64,000 bases of DNA from the human T2T-CHM13v2.0 reference genome, Homo sapiens, in NCBI RefSeq assembly GCF_009914755.1, contig NC_060931.1; one strand, written 5' to 3'. The notes beneath the pieces were generated by a model, which was not told the origin of the DNA, searched no databases, and saw nothing but the letters and a program-made list of their open reading frames with translations. Shown here piece by piece: positions 1 through 14,283 of the stretch; the stretch's first letter is position 1, and each line of letters starts with the position of its first letter. The position numbers were made by a program, and so were the translations under genes.

Positions 1-622
1 AAAGATTATATTATCAAATAAGCTCCATGTAGGCCAAAATATCTATCGCACAGACATTAAATCAATACTATGTGAATCCATATTAAGTAATCTATTAGGT
101 AAGGGAGAGAATAAGATCATTCCCTGCCAAGTGCTAACTGGATAGTATATATAAAATAAGTTTAAAATGAATTGGTAAGAAGAAACAGTGTGAGCATTAC
201 TCAATATGGAGTCATTCTCAGATGGAAGGGCTTGGATAGACATGAAAGGATAGATTCACTGATGAAAAAATATTTTGTAACAGTTACTAAGCAGAAAGAA
301 AAAACAATGAAACACAAAAATGGAAAATTTAGACTTAATCTGTAAAAATTGGACATAAAAAAGGAGGATAAGAAATGGACAAATACAAGAGAAAACATCA
401 AAATAACCTATGAGTCTTGTGATAAGAATTAACATAGAAGGTCTCAAAAATGGCTTGAAATAGGAATACCATATCACCTGATTCATGTTTAACATGACTG
501 TTAAAACCTAAATTATTCTGCTAAATCTACACATTAAAATCATGCATAAGAGCATATGAAAGCAAAAAGACTTCACAGCATGTTCTAGTATAGAAAATAT
601 TTTTAGAAAAAGAAGCCATTTA

Positions 623-936
<314 letters not shown>

Positions 937-959
937 CCATTTAGATGCCATCAAAGGCA

Positions 960-1085
960 TCCCACTCTGTTTACAGATCAGGATTTTGAACTAAATTCAA
1001 AAACATTAAGTAACTTGGACAGGTTAAGAGACACTTGTTATTTGAAGACCTAGTACTTGTGCCTTAAATCTTAACTCTAGATTTG
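960..1085 (-). mobile_element. MIR fragment
   Basis: tttacagat...ttaagtaacttg resembles the antisense MIR core. Confidence 0.5.
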
Positions 1086-1433
1086 GTATCCTTACCATGC
1101 TCATTTTACAAGTTACATTTATACATGAAGTAATGCTCTTTTAAATATTATAATAACAAAGCCATATTAAAAGGCATACTTAAATTGCATTAAGTTTAGG
1201 TATTAATTACAAAATATAACCATTAACTTTAATAAATGATATTGAAAATACAATATTTGGTTCCATCTTTGTAAAGAAATAGCATGTGAGAATTAAAGCT
1301 AAAGTCTATTTCCATTATTTAAATAGAAGTCAATAGCAAAAAAAAAAAAAAAAAAAAAAAAAACTAGTGAGAGAAGTTGCCAGGCATCTTTTTAAAAAAC
1401 TGAATGACCACATAAATTGTTCAAATTTCTTAC

Positions 1434-1459
1434 CTAGGGCTACGATCAATGTGAAATGC
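1434..1459 (-). other. Candidate 26-nt microexon
   Basis: tttgttag acceptor and TAG|GTAAGA donor; weak pyrimidine tract. Confidence 0.2.
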
Positions 1460-1739
1460 CTAACAAAGTCTAGTTTCATTTATTTTGCCTCCTGTGCATT
1501 TCATCTTAAATGTTATAAACTGATTTACTAGAATAGCACTGGAAAATAAATTCACAATCTTGCCAATCTCAGTCATCTGACCAACTTGACAAAACTACTT
1601 AAAATAGGGAAATAAATAGCAATGCCAAACTCTATGCTTAATCAAGAAAAATTTACTCATAAAACTTAGACAAAGTCCTCTGGAATTCATTTTATTCACA
1701 CATTGCTTCAGAATTCCATTCTATCTGAAAATAACTTAC

Positions 1740-1771
1740 CATTAAAGGAATGAATACTAGCGAGGTATGCC
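1740..1771 (-). other. Candidate 32-nt microexon
   Basis: ttctcatag acceptor and ATG|GTAAGT consensus donor. Confidence 0.25.
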
Positions 1772-2070
1772 CTATGAGAATCATTTCTTTACACATCAGT
1801 TACATGTCCATCACAACTAATCTCAGGGAGTATTCTATATCCCATAACACAAACTTTCCATTAACCATTTAGTCATAAGCAAAGATCTCCTAAAAGTTAC
1901 AACAACACCGTCAATTCTTTCTATTCAACATCTCCTACTAGAATGATTTCATCATTCCTCATTTTTGTGTTAGAAATGAATCCATTCATGACTGCAACTA
2001 GATAAAGGTTCCAAAGGTATTTTTAACCAGTATTTATTTAGGTTTTCTCATTGATTTAGGCAGGAAATAC

Positions 2071-2160
2071 CTGAGACTTACTACATCAGCAGAAAACGCA
2101 TGAAAAAATTTATAGAATTTATACAAGTAATTGTATTTCTGCCACTGGAGCAGTGTACAA
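2071..2160 (-). other. Candidate exon (79 or 90 nt, two possible donors)
   Basis: Strong acceptor ttttctctttcatag; donors GTA|GTAAGT (exon end 2082) or CAG|GTATTT (exon end 2071). Confidence 0.3.
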
Positions 2161-2344
2161 CTATGAAAGAGAAAATTTTAATATCTCTTAAGTGCCAACA
2201 TAAAAATTCAGTATATAATAAAGCTATAGTTTTTCTGATTAAAAAAAAATTGGAAGAATCCATAGGCTACAGTAGCAATAAGGTTGAGACAGGAATGGAA
2301 CAGGGATTTGGACTGGCCTGCTCTTAAAGTCAATCATTGGTTAT

Positions 2345-2346
<2 letters not shown>

Positions 2347-2383
<37 letters not shown>

Positions 2384-2395
2384 TCACACACACAC
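2347..2395. repeat. (CA)n microsatellite
   Basis: Interrupted CA run seen directly. Confidence 0.95.
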
Positions 2396-3727
2396 TATTC
2401 ATTTAAAAATGTAAACTATCAGGGACCTGAAACAGATAATAAAAAGTAAACCCAATATGGATGCAGTGAGAACTAAAATAGCCAGCTCTTTTGTTTGATA
2501 TGAACTTGTGCCTTGAAAACACATTTTCCTAGTCTAGTAATAATAGAGTTAACAGAGGAATAAGCAGGTAAGTAAAAGATGAGAAAGATATGTCTGGGAT
2601 CTGGTATTAAATTTAACAGCATCATCGATTTTTATAACAAATTCAGTAAGGCTCAGTACCCTCTATGAAGCTAAAGTAAGAAGCCATTAGCACACAGAAG
2701 GAATCACTATGTTTTTTAAATTGTCATTTTTTATTAAGAAGGAATATTAAACACATATATGTGTGTATATTTTTACTTTTTCCATGCTATTACTTAGCAC
2801 ATTCATGAGAACATAAAAATAACAAGTATATATGATACACAGTAATACACTAGATTGATTCAGTTGCTGGCTCTGCCACTGGTGAGCTTTGGAACATTCT
2901 GGAAACAATTTACATCTGTGACAGTTTCTCCAGATGTGAAAATATCAAGTGTAAATGGATGATGACTTTCTTTTCTTTTCTTTTTTTAATTTGCTGACCT
3001 GTTCAAATACTAAATATTTTCAAGTATTTTAAAGATAATTTATTGTAATGTCAATAAACTACTTCCTAATAACTAGAACTCAATTCAATACTTTTGAAGG
3101 TTATGTTTCTCACAGTATTAAAATTCCCCCTGGTAATTTATGCTTTTAGCTAAAGTAAATTCATGAGATTTTTAACTCTCATAAAACACCAATAAAATCA
3201 TTGTATATACAAGCAGAGAAAAGCAAAGCTCTCATGTAATTACCTAGATAATTACAGTAAAACTTTTGCTATGGAAAATGCGATTAACTATTTTATCAAG
3301 TAAAATTAAAGAGTGTGCTTTATATTTTGAACTTAGATTTGTTGCCAATTTCTTCCCACTTTTAACAATTAAACACTTATTTGGTACATATTATATGAAC
3401 TTGCTGTGTTTCTTTAAAAAAGCTTTAAATAACAAAATATTGCCCACTATTTTATCCAATAGTAGAAAAGGATATTTTGGGAAAACCTTGCCAGAACCAA
3501 ATACATAAGGAACTTTATTTTACTTTTTGGATGTGGGAAGGTATTATTTGTGGTTTTACATAATACCGCTAAAAAACACATATAGTTCGTTTTTTTCTCC
3601 TGAAATCTCCTTTATCACTGGGTAAAAAAACAGCTCTCTGATCACTAACTTGTAAGCAAGGAACCCAGCCTACAGTTCAGATTCTTACGGCCTATAAATC
3701 TTGTTTAATGTAGTTAAAAATCTATTC

Positions 3728-4039
3728 TTTTTTTTTTTTTTTTTTTTTTTTTTTGTGGTGGGGAGATAGAGTCTCGCTCTGTCACCCAGGCTGGAATGCA
3801 GTGGTGCGATCTCGGTTCACTGCCCCCCGGGTTCCAGCGATTCTTCTGCCTCCGCCTTCTGAGTAGCTGGGATGGAACTACAGGCACCCGCCACCACACC
3901 CGGCTAATTTTTTGTATTTTTAGTAGAGATGGGATTTTACCATGTTAGCCAAGATGGTCTCAATCTCCTGACCTCGTGATCTGCCCACCTCTGCCTCCCA
4001 AAGTGTTGGGATTACAGGCTTGAGACACCGCGCCCAGCC
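3728..4039 (-). mobile_element. Alu (AluSc/AluY-like)
   Basis: Poly-T then antisense Alu; gacctcgtgatc short form; TSD AAATCTA(T/A)TCTTTTT. Confidence 0.93.
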
Positions 4040-4787
4040 AAATCTAATCTTTTTAAAGTGATTTTTACATGAGAAATTTTATGAATTTACCTTTTAGTAC
4101 TGCAACACATTTACTATATTACTTCCTTTTTCTAAGAATGTTTTCATCATTACTTAATGAACAAAAACACTTAAGAGTAGAAAACAGAGAACTGGATATG
4201 TCCCATGTTCATATCATATCTTTTGTGACAGGTCACCACCCAAAAAACTTTTAGAAAATCCTTTTGGAAAAATGCAATCTGACAGAGGTGGTAGCAATAC
4301 TACACACCCCCGTAAATGCAACGAACAGAAGGCTAACAATAACTTCAGTCAAATCAGGGCAAAAATTGAGCTCCTCGACAACAGAGTATAGACTAAGCAT
4401 TTAGAAAAATCACATATGAAAAAAGTTTCAAACATAATTCTGATAGAATTTTATTTTTACAAAAGAAAGTGCTGGTTTGTAGCATTAGATTTTTCTTCTT
4501 AAGACATAAGGGATCTAAACTTGTAAAATTCCGTTATGCTGACCAGTCTCCAATTAAAAAAAATTTTTTTTCACCTAAGCAGGGATATTCTCTTAGTATA
4601 AGATGTGGTGTTATCAGGCAAGTATTTCTAAAAGCTCACAGTTAAAAGACTGCATAGAATCATAATGTCATACTAACATACAGATTCATTAAGAACAGAA
4701 CATTTATAATATGACCCACACGACAATTTCAGGCCACTTAATGCTGAAATCTGCTTTACTTCAAGTAATCAATATCACCACCAGTCT

Positions 4788-5162
4788 CTAAATGGTTTGG
4801 GTCTGTGTTCCCACCCAAATCTCATTTCAAATTGTAATTCCCACATGTCAAAGGCGGGACCTATAATCCTGATGTGTCAAGGGAGGGAGGCGATTGAAAC
4901 ATGGGGGTGGTTTCCCCCATGCTGTTCTCGTGATAGTGAGTTCTCCTGAGATCTGATTGTTTTGTAAGTGTTTGGAAGTTCCTCCTTCATTCTTCTCTCA
5001 CCTGTCGCCTTTTGAAGAAGGTGCCTGCTTCTCCTTCCACCATGATTGTAAGTTTCCTGAAGCCTCCCCAGCCATGTGGAACTGTGAGAATTAAACCTCC
5101 TTTGTTTACAGGTTGTCCTGTCTAGAGTAGTATCTTTATAGCAGTGTGAAAACAGACTAACA
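4788..5162 (+). mobile_element. THE1 (THE1D-like) MaLR solo LTR
   Basis: atggtttgg..cccacccaaatctcat start; ccatgattgtaagtttcctga core; gcagtgtgaaaacagactaa end. Confidence 0.88.
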
Positions 5163-5470
5163 GATGATGGTAAAAATCTGTAGAATTCTGAGAACTCAAT
5201 ATAATTACAATAAAATAAAGTTACATCTAGCAAAACATAAGTATTTTATTAAGTTGGTCAAAGTAATATTGGCAGACTCCTTAAATCATGCTAAATAGCA
5301 TAGAAATGAGAACTTCTCAAAAGAAGACTACATGAAACATATAAAAATAAAGGAGAATAATGACTGAAGAGATGGTCCAAAAATATTTCTAATATCAAAG
5401 GATTAATAATGAATATTTTTAGAAATCTAGAAGTACCCTAAAAATATTTTAGAAAAAATAACCACCTCAA

Positions 5471-5765
5471 AGCTGGGTGCAGTGGCTACGTCTGTAATCC
5501 CAACACTTTGGGAGGCCAAGGTGGAAAGATTGCTTGAGCTCAGGAGTTTAAGACCAGATTGGGCAGCACAACAAGACCTCATCTCTACCAAAAATTAAAA
5601 AAATTAGCCAGGCATAGTGGTGTGCACCTGTACTCCCAGCTACTTAGGAGGCTGAGGCAGGAGGATCACTTGAGCCTGGGAGATGGAGGCTTCATTGAGC
5701 TATGATCACAGTATACTCCAGCTTAGACAATAGAGTGAGATCCTGTCTCAGTCAATCAATCAACC
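5471..5765 (+). mobile_element. AluJ element
   Basis: Diverged Alu with ggaggatcacttgagcc; tail decayed to (TCAA)n; AATAACCAC flanking repeat. Confidence 0.9.
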
Positions 5766-7459
5766 AATAACCACTTGAAATGAAGCATATCACAGCATAC
5801 TATTATATAATGTCTACAAGATTATACAAAAAGCTTAATTTTGCAAACATAACCTAAAGGATTTTAAGAAGATAAGACTATTTTAATAAGTATCTTAGTT
5901 CTTTTAAAAACAAAGTCTCAATTTTTTTTTTCTGCTCTTCATGGTGAAAATTTGTTCCCTTCTGTAAGTGGATCTTAGAATAGTAGCCTCTTACTAGTGC
6001 CAATTTATCTTAGCTAACAAAAATTTCCCACGTTAAATAATCTCTAGCCCATTTCACCTTTCATTAGAGACAAAAAGTTGATCTTCATGTAGTCAAGATC
6101 TCTGCAGAACCTAAAAATAAAATCCAATTATGCTAGATACCAATGTACCAACAACCAAGCACCATTAACTATCCACTCACTGCTTAACTTCTTCCAGGAG
6201 AAATAATATAGATGAGGTTCAAAGTTACATGACCCTTTAGAATATCTATTGAATGACAGATACCAGGGAATTCCAAAGTATTTTTATATACTTGAGAACG
6301 TAAGAGACAATGGAGGTTTCATCAGTATTGTATGCTGAAACAAATTTCTACCACTTAAACCTAACCCAATGTTGTTTTTGCCAAATGCCCACCTAAGTTG
6401 ACATTCAGCCTCATTTTTCTTTAAATATCTGTTCTTGTAGAGTAAAAAGTGATGACGCTGCAAATGACAACCTTAACTAGTCTCTCCATTGAAAAGCCTC
6501 ATAAATGTCTAATAGCCACAATTTTACTTGGCTACTTCAGATGGACTGAAATTGGAACTTGAAGACCCTTGTATAAGAAAAAGAACCGTTGTAAACCATT
6601 GCAAATCTCAGCCAAGACAAAATGGCCTTTAAACATTTACAATAAATGCACTGAATATCTGTGGAATCACATAACTCAAAAATAAGAACAGACATATTTT
6701 TCTATAACTTTGATATCATTTTGTAATATATTTTCTGATGAATAAAACCTACTTGTTTAGGGAAGCAAGTGATCACACTCCTTGTGACCATTCTTTTCAA
6801 ATTTTAAAGTTTTTTAACAAAAGTCTTACATTTAAAAAAAAAAAAAAGCTTGTGGTAGGGCCTCTTTCTTGGTTTAATCTTCCAGAAAAGTTAATTCAGA
6901 CAGAATGACAGAGAACACTATAGCCTCTGAAGTGCCTGATAGGCAATTTTCCAATTACAAACATATGTATACATGTCTGCATATGAATTTGCACATGCAA
7001 ACACTCTATGTATGTATGTGTATCAGTAGTTTTCCCTCTTACTAATGAGCAAACTGTGATATGTCTAGATTTAAGACTTTCATTTTACTCTTTTATAATT
7101 ATCATATTTTCCATACATCTATTAATTTGGTGCACATTTGAAATGTTCTGCCAAATTTTCATTAATAGGAAAACTGAAACTGCTTTCTGGCCATTTTTGG
7201 TGAAGGTGGTATCAGAAGGAAAAAGGATGAAGCCTGATCAGTCATATTCACAATCACTGACAGGACAATTCAAACACCCAGACACTATTCACTTGCCTCT
7301 CCATCCAAGAAGCCAGCATTACTTACTGTACCCTTTCTAGTGATTTGCTCCATCCTATGGATACAGATTCTAGACATAATCTAGTGACACATTTTTCTAT
7401 TAAGGTAATAATGCTCATAATATCACCACACTAAGTCAGCCTATGCAATGGGAAAGTAA

Positions 7460-9529
7460 CAAGCATACCTCAAAAATATTGGGAGTTTCCCTCCAGACTA
7501 CTGGAGCCAATAAAGCAAATATCACAATGAAATGAGTCACAAGAAATTTTTTATTTCCCATGTCATATAAAAGTCATATTTACATTATACTATCATCCGT
7601 TACGTGCACAATAGCATTATGACCAAACAATAATATACATATCTTAAATTAAAACTGTGTATTGCTAAAAATCCTAATGAACATTTGAGCCTTCAGCGAG
7701 TCCTAATCTTTTTGCTTGCATAATGGCTCCTGACTGTTCACGGTGGTGGTTGCTCAAGGTTGGGTGGATGTGGCAACTTCTTAAAATAAGACAACAACAT
7801 AGTTCGCTGCCTAGAGTGATCCTTCTTTTCATAAAAAAAATTTCTCTGTAGAATGGGATACTGTTTGATAGCATTTGACCCACAACAGACTTTCTTTCAA
7901 AGTTGGACTTAATCTTCTCAAACCCTGCCACTGCTTTATCAACTAAGTTTATATAATATTGTAAATCCTTTATTGTCATTCCAACAACGTTCACAGTATC
8001 TTCACCCGAAGTAGATTCCATCTCAAGAAACCACTTTCTCTTTGCTCACCCATAAGAAGCAACTCCTCATCCATCTAAGTTTTATGAAATTGCAGCAATT
8101 CAGTCATATATTCAGACTCTACTTCTATTCTCTTGCTATTGCCACCACATCAGCAGTTACTTCCCCTGTTGAAGTCACATCGCTCCAAGTCTTCCATGAG
8201 GTTTGGATTATGACCCCCCATGAATCACGAATGTTCCTAACGGCAACTAACAGGGTGAATCCTTTCCAGAAGGTTTTCAATTTACTTTGCTCAGATCCAT
8301 CAGAGGAATCTATCTAGGGCAGTGATAGCCTTACACAAGGTATTTCTTCAAAAATAAGACATGAAAATCTAAATGACTCCTTGATTTATAAGCTGACGAA
8401 TAAATGTTGTGTTAGCAGATATAAAGTAACATTAATTTTTTTATACTCCATCAAAGATCTTGGGTAACTAGGTACATTGTCAATAAGCAGTAATATTTTG
8501 AAAGGAATCTTTCTTTGTGAGCATTAAGTCTCAAAAGTGGGCTTAAAATATTCAGTAAACCATGCTGTAAGCAGATGTGCTGTCATCCAGGTTTTGTTCT
8601 TCCATTTATAGAGCACAGACAGAGAGTAGACTTAGCATAATTCTTAAGGGTCCTAGGATTTTCAGAATGGTAAGTGAGCACTGCCTTCAACTGAAAGTCA
8701 CTAGCTGCATTAGCTCCTAATAAGTGTCAGTCTATCATTTGAAGCTAGGCATTGACTTCTCTGTCCATAAAAGCCCTACCTGGCATGTTCTTCCAATAGA
8801 AGGCTGTCTCATCTACATTGAAAAATCTGTCATTTAGCATTGCTATGTTCATCAATTATCTCAGCTAGATCTTCTGGATAACTTAGCGCAGCCTCAACAT
8901 CAGCACTTGCTGCTTGACCTTGCACTTTTCTGTTATGAAGACAATTCTGTCTTTTTAAACCACATGAATAAACTGCTAGCTTCAAACTCTTCTTCTGTAA
9001 CTTCTTCACTTTCTGCAGCCTTCACAGAATTGAAGGGAATTAGGGCCTTCCTCTAAATTAGGCTTTGTATCTTTTGATTGAAAGTGACTGACACAGGACT
9101 CTTCCTTTCACTTGAACACACAGGGGTCATTGTAGGGTTATTAATTGGCCTGATTTCAGTATTGTTTTGTTTCAGGGAATAGGGAATCTCAAAGAGAAGG
9201 AGAGAGATGAGGAAAACAGTCAAAAGAGCAATCAGAACACACACAACATTTATCAGTTAAGCTTGCCACCTTATACAGATATGATTTGCAGTGTTCCAAC
9301 ACAATAATAGTAATATAAGAGATCACTGATCATAGACTACCCATAGCAGATATAATAAAGATGAAACAGTTTAAAATATTGTGAGAATTAGCAAAATGTG
9401 ATAGAGACAGGAAGTGAGCACACACTGTGGGAAAAATGGTACCAATAGACTTGCCAGACACAGGGTTGCCAAAAAACTTCAATTTGTAAAACATGTATCT
9501 TCAGAGTGAAATAAACTGAAGTATGCCTA
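7460..9529 (-). mobile_element. Tigger1 (pogo/TcMar) DNA transposon, near complete, dead
   Basis: TIR-like ends caagcatacctc (7460) and gaagtatgccta (9529); ORF 7674-8021 (MESTSGEDTVNVV...YYINLVDKAVAGFE...) resembles the Tigger1/TIGD1 transposase C-terminus. Confidence 0.9.
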
Positions 9530-9844
9530 CGTTCAAGTATTATAAAGGGATAATGTTCTGATTTAAAATAAACATTGTACAATATTTTAGCATACAGACT
9601 TTTAATTCTATTTTAAAACTAGTTGTGAGAGACATGTACACCCTAACTAAAGGGTTATCTTTTCTCTTAGCTTGGTACAGGAACAACAGAGAGCCAGACA
9701 ATTCTGCCATTCACTGGGACACACGAGATGGAACTCAATAGAAGTCAAGAGAAAACTAAATTCAAATATTTACAGAGGCAATAAAAAAGCCTAGGATTGA
9801 GACACAATAGCAATGAACAGAAGAACTAACAGTTCAAAACTGAG

Positions 9845-10128
9845 GGCTAAGCGCAGTGGCTCATGACCGTAATCCCAGCACTTTGGAAGGCAGGAGTATT
9901 GCTTGAGGCCAGGAGTTCATGAACAGCCTGAGCAACAAAGTGAGACCCCATCTCTACAAAAAATAGAAAAAAAAATTAGCCAAATGTGGCGGCATACACC
10001 TGTAGCCTCAGCTACTCAAGTGGCTGAGCTGGAGGGATCACTTGAGCCCAAAAGGCTGAGTCTGCAGTGAGCCATAATCATGTCACTGCAATCCAGCCTG
10101 GGCAAAAGAGTGAGACTCTAACTCAAAA
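9845..10128 (+). mobile_element. AluJ element
   Basis: Diverged Alu dimer with small left-arm deletion. Confidence 0.88.
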
Positions 10129-11551
10129 AGTAATTATAAGAGAGCCTATGTGCCTGTCTTTGTGCATTTGGTGGAGGGGGACAGAGAGAGAAACATAAAA
10201 GGAAAACTCACAGGTGGCAGATTCCGATTTGGGTGCCTGTAGAGCCACAGCTGTACTACCATTAAGAAAAGAAGTCAACTTACAGAGAATGCGCTTCTGT
10301 GATATATCTGATAGGCTAAATTTGAAAGGGGAGTACTCCAATGGAAGTACCTAATAAAATATTGGGAAATAGTGAGACAACTCAAGATGGCTGAATAGGA
10401 ACAGCTCCCGTCTGCAGCTCCCAGCAAGATCCACGCGGAAGGCAGGTGATTTCTGCACTTCCAACTGAGGTACCTAGTTCATCTCATTGGGACTGGTTGG
10501 ACAGTGGGTGCAGCCCACAGAGGGCGAGCTGAAGAAGGGTGGGGCGTCGCCTCACCTGGGAAGTGCAAGGGGTCAGGGGATTTCCCTTTCCTAGCCAAGG
10601 GAAGCCATGACAGACTGTACTTGGAGGAACAGTATACTCTTGCCCAGATACTGTGCTTTTCCCAAGGTCTTTGCAACTGGCAGACCCAGAGATTCCCTCC
10701 AATGTTTGGCTCAGTGGGACCCATACCCACAGAGCCCAGCAAGCTAAGATCTATTGGCTTGAAATTCTCGCTGCTAGTACAGCAGTCTGAGATCGACCTG
10801 GGATGCTTGAGTTTGGTGCTGGGAGGGGGCGTCCACCATTGCTGAGGCTTAAGTAGGCGGTTTTATGCTTACAGTGTAAACAAAGGCACTGGGTGGTTCG
10901 AACTGGATGCAACCCACCAGAGCTCAGTGAGGCTGACCGCCTCTCTAGATTCTGCCTCTCTAGATTCCACCTCTCTGGGCAGGGCATCTCTGAACAAAAG
11001 GCAGCAGCCCCAGTCAGGGGCTTATAGATAAAACCCCCATCTCCCTGGGACAGAGCACCTGGGGGAAGGGGCAGCTGTGGGCGCAGCTTCAGCAAACTTA
11101 AACGTCCCCGCCTGATGGCTCTGAAGAGAGCAGTGGTTCTCCCAGCCCAGCATTCGAGCTCTAATAATGGACCGACTGCCTGCTCAAGTGGGTCCCTGAC
11201 ACCCGCGTAGCCTGACTGGGAGATACCTCCCAGTAGGGGCTGATGGACATCTCATACAGGAGAGCTCTGGCTGGCATCTGGTGGGTGCCCCTCTGGGACA
11301 AAGCTTCCAGAGGAAGGATCAGACAGCAATAGTTGCTGTTCTGCAGCCTCTGCTGATCATAGCCAGGCAAACAAGGTCTGAAGTGGACTTCCAGCAAACT
11401 CCAACAAACCTGCAGCTAAGGGGCCTGATTGTTAGAAGGAAAACTAACAAACAGAAAGGATAGCATCAACATCAACAAAAAGGACATCCACACAAAAACC
11501 CCATCCGGAGGTCACCAACATCAAAGACCAAAGGTAGATAAAACCACAAAG

Positions 11552-12570
11552 ATGGGGAGAAACCAGTGCAGAAAGGCTGAAAAGTCCAAAAACCAGAATG
11601 CCTCTTCTCCTTCAAAGGATCACAACTCCTCGCCAGCAAGGGAACAAAACTGGATGGAGAATGAGTTTGACAAACTGACAGAAGTAGGCTTCAGAAGGTG
11701 GGTCATAACAAACTCCTCCGAGCTAAGGGAGCATGTTCTAACCCAACACAAGGAAGCTAAGAACCTTTAAAAAAGGTTAGACAAATAGCTAACTAGAATA
11801 ACCAGTGTAGAGAAGAATATAAAAGACCTGGTACAGCTGAAAAATGCAGCACAAGAACTTCGTGAAGCATACACAAGTTTCCACAGCTGAATCGATCAGG
11901 CAGAAGAAAGTATATCAGTGATTACTTAATGAAATAAAGCGAGAAGACAAGATTAGAGAAAACAGAGTGAAAAGAAATGAACAAAGCCTCCAAGAAATAC
12001 GAGACTATGTGAAAAGACCAAATCTATGTTTGATTGGTGTACCTGAAAGTGACGGGGAGAATGACACCAAGTTGGAAAACACTCTGCAGGATATTAATCA
12101 GGAGAATTTCTGCAACCTAGCAAGGCAGGCCAACATTCAAATTCAGGAAATACAGAGACCACCACAAACGTATTCCTCGAAAAGAGCAACCCCAAGACAC
12201 AGAATCGTCAGACTGATCAAGGTTGAAATGAAGGAAAAAAGGTTAAGGGTAGCTGGAGAGAAAGGTCAGGTTACCCACAAAGGGAAGCCCATCAGGCTAA
12301 CAGCAGCTCTCTCAGCAGAAACTCTACAAGCCAGAAGAGAGTGGGGGCCAATATTCAACATTCTTAAAGAAAAGAATTTTCAACCCAGAATTTCATATCC
12401 AGCCAAACTAAGCTTCATAAGTCAAGGAGAAATAAAATCCTTTACAGGCAAGCAAATGCTGAGAGAGTCTGTCACCACCAGGCCTGCCTTACAAGAGCTC
12501 CTGAAGGAAGCACTAAACATGGAAAGGAACAACTGGTTACCAGCCATTGCAAAAACATGCCAAATTGTAA
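11552..12570 (+). pseudogene. L1 ORF1p remnant
   Basis: MGRNQCRKAEKSKNQ... stops at 11770; YVKRPNL and ARREWGPIFNILKEKNFQPRISYPAKLSF motifs in ORF 11967-12701. Confidence 0.92.
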
Positions 12571-14283
12571 AGACCATTGATGCTATAAAGAAACTGCATC
12601 AACTAACGGGCAAAATAACCAGCCAGAATCATAACGATAGGATCAAATTCACACATAACAATATTAACCTTAAATGTAAATGGAATAAATGTCCAATTTA
12701 AAAGACACAGACTGGCAAATTGGATAAACAGTCAAGACCCATCAGTGTGCTACATTCAGGAGACCCATCTCACATGCAAAGACATACATACACTCAAAAT
12801 AAAAGGATAGATGAAGATTTACCAAGAAAATGGAAAGCAAAAAAAAAAGCAGGGGTTGCAATCCTAGTCTCTGATAAAATAGATTTTAAACCAACAAAGA
12901 TAAAAAAATACAAGGAAGGGCATTACCTATGGTAAAGGGATCAATGCAACAAGAAGAGCTAACTATCCTAAATATATATACACCCAATACAGGAGCACCC
13001 AGATTAATAAAGCAAGTTCTTAGAGACCTACAAAGAGAATTAGACTCCCACCCAATAATAGGGGGAGACTTTAACACCCCACTGTCAATATTAGACAGTT
13101 CAACGAGACAGAAAATTAACAAGGATAATGAGGACTTGAACTCAGCTCTGATACAAATGGACCTAATAGAAATCTACAGAACTCTCCACCCCAAATCAAC
13201 AGAATATACCTTCCTCTCAGCACCACATCACACTTACTCTAAAATTGACCACATAATTGGAAGTAAAACACTCCTCAGCAAATGTAAAAGAATGGAGATC
13301 ATAACAAACCATCTCTCAGACCACAACGAAATCAAATTAGAACTCAGGATTAAGAAACTCACTCAAAACTGTACAACTACATGGAAACTGAACAACCTAC
13401 TCCTGAATGACTACTGGGTAAATAACAAAATGAAGACAGAAATAAAGATGTTCTTTGAAACCAATGGGAACCAAGACACAACATACCAGAATCTCTGGGA
13501 CATATTTAAAGCAGTGTGTAGAGGGAAATTTATAGTACTAAATACCCACAAGAGAAAGCAGGAAAGATCTAAAATTGATACTCCAACATCACAATGAAAA
13601 GAACTAGAGGAGCAAGAGCAAACAAATTCAAAATCTACCAGAAGACAAGAAATAATTAAGATCAGAGCAGAACTGAAGGAGATAGAGACACAGAAAACCC
13701 TTCAAAAAAATCAGTGAGTCCAGGAGATGACATTTTGAAAAGATTGAGAAAATAGACAGACCGCTAGCCAGACTAATAAAAAAGAAAAGAGAGAAGAATC
13801 AAATAGACACAATAAAAAATGATAGAGAGCATATCACGACTGCATCAGCATCATCCTGATACCAAAACCTGACAGAGACTCAACAAAAAGAAAATTTTAA
13901 GCCAATATCCCTGTTGAACATCGATGTGAAAATCCTGAATAAAATACTGGCAAACGATATCCAGCAGCACATCAAAAAGCCTATCCACTGCAATCAAGTC
14001 GGCTTCATCCCTGGGATGCAAGGCTGGGTCAACATATGCAAATCAATAAATGTAACCCATCACATAAACAGAACCAACAACAAAAACCACATGATTGTCT
14101 CAACAGATGCAGAAAAGGCCTTTGACAAAATTCACAAGCCCTTCATGCTAAAAACTCTCAATAAACTAAGTATTGACGGAACGTATCTCAAAATAATAAG
14201 AGCTATTTATGACAAACCCACAGCCAATATCATACTGAATGGGCAAAAACTGGAAGCATTCCCTTTGAAAACTAGCACAAGAC

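Noticed and set aside
1338-1363. A26 run as a solo poly(A) retro-insertion
   Set aside because: No clear target-site duplication
6445-6552. Possible C/D snoRNA on the plus strand (GTGATGA...CTGA)
   Set aside because: No closing stem, and antisense to the inferred host
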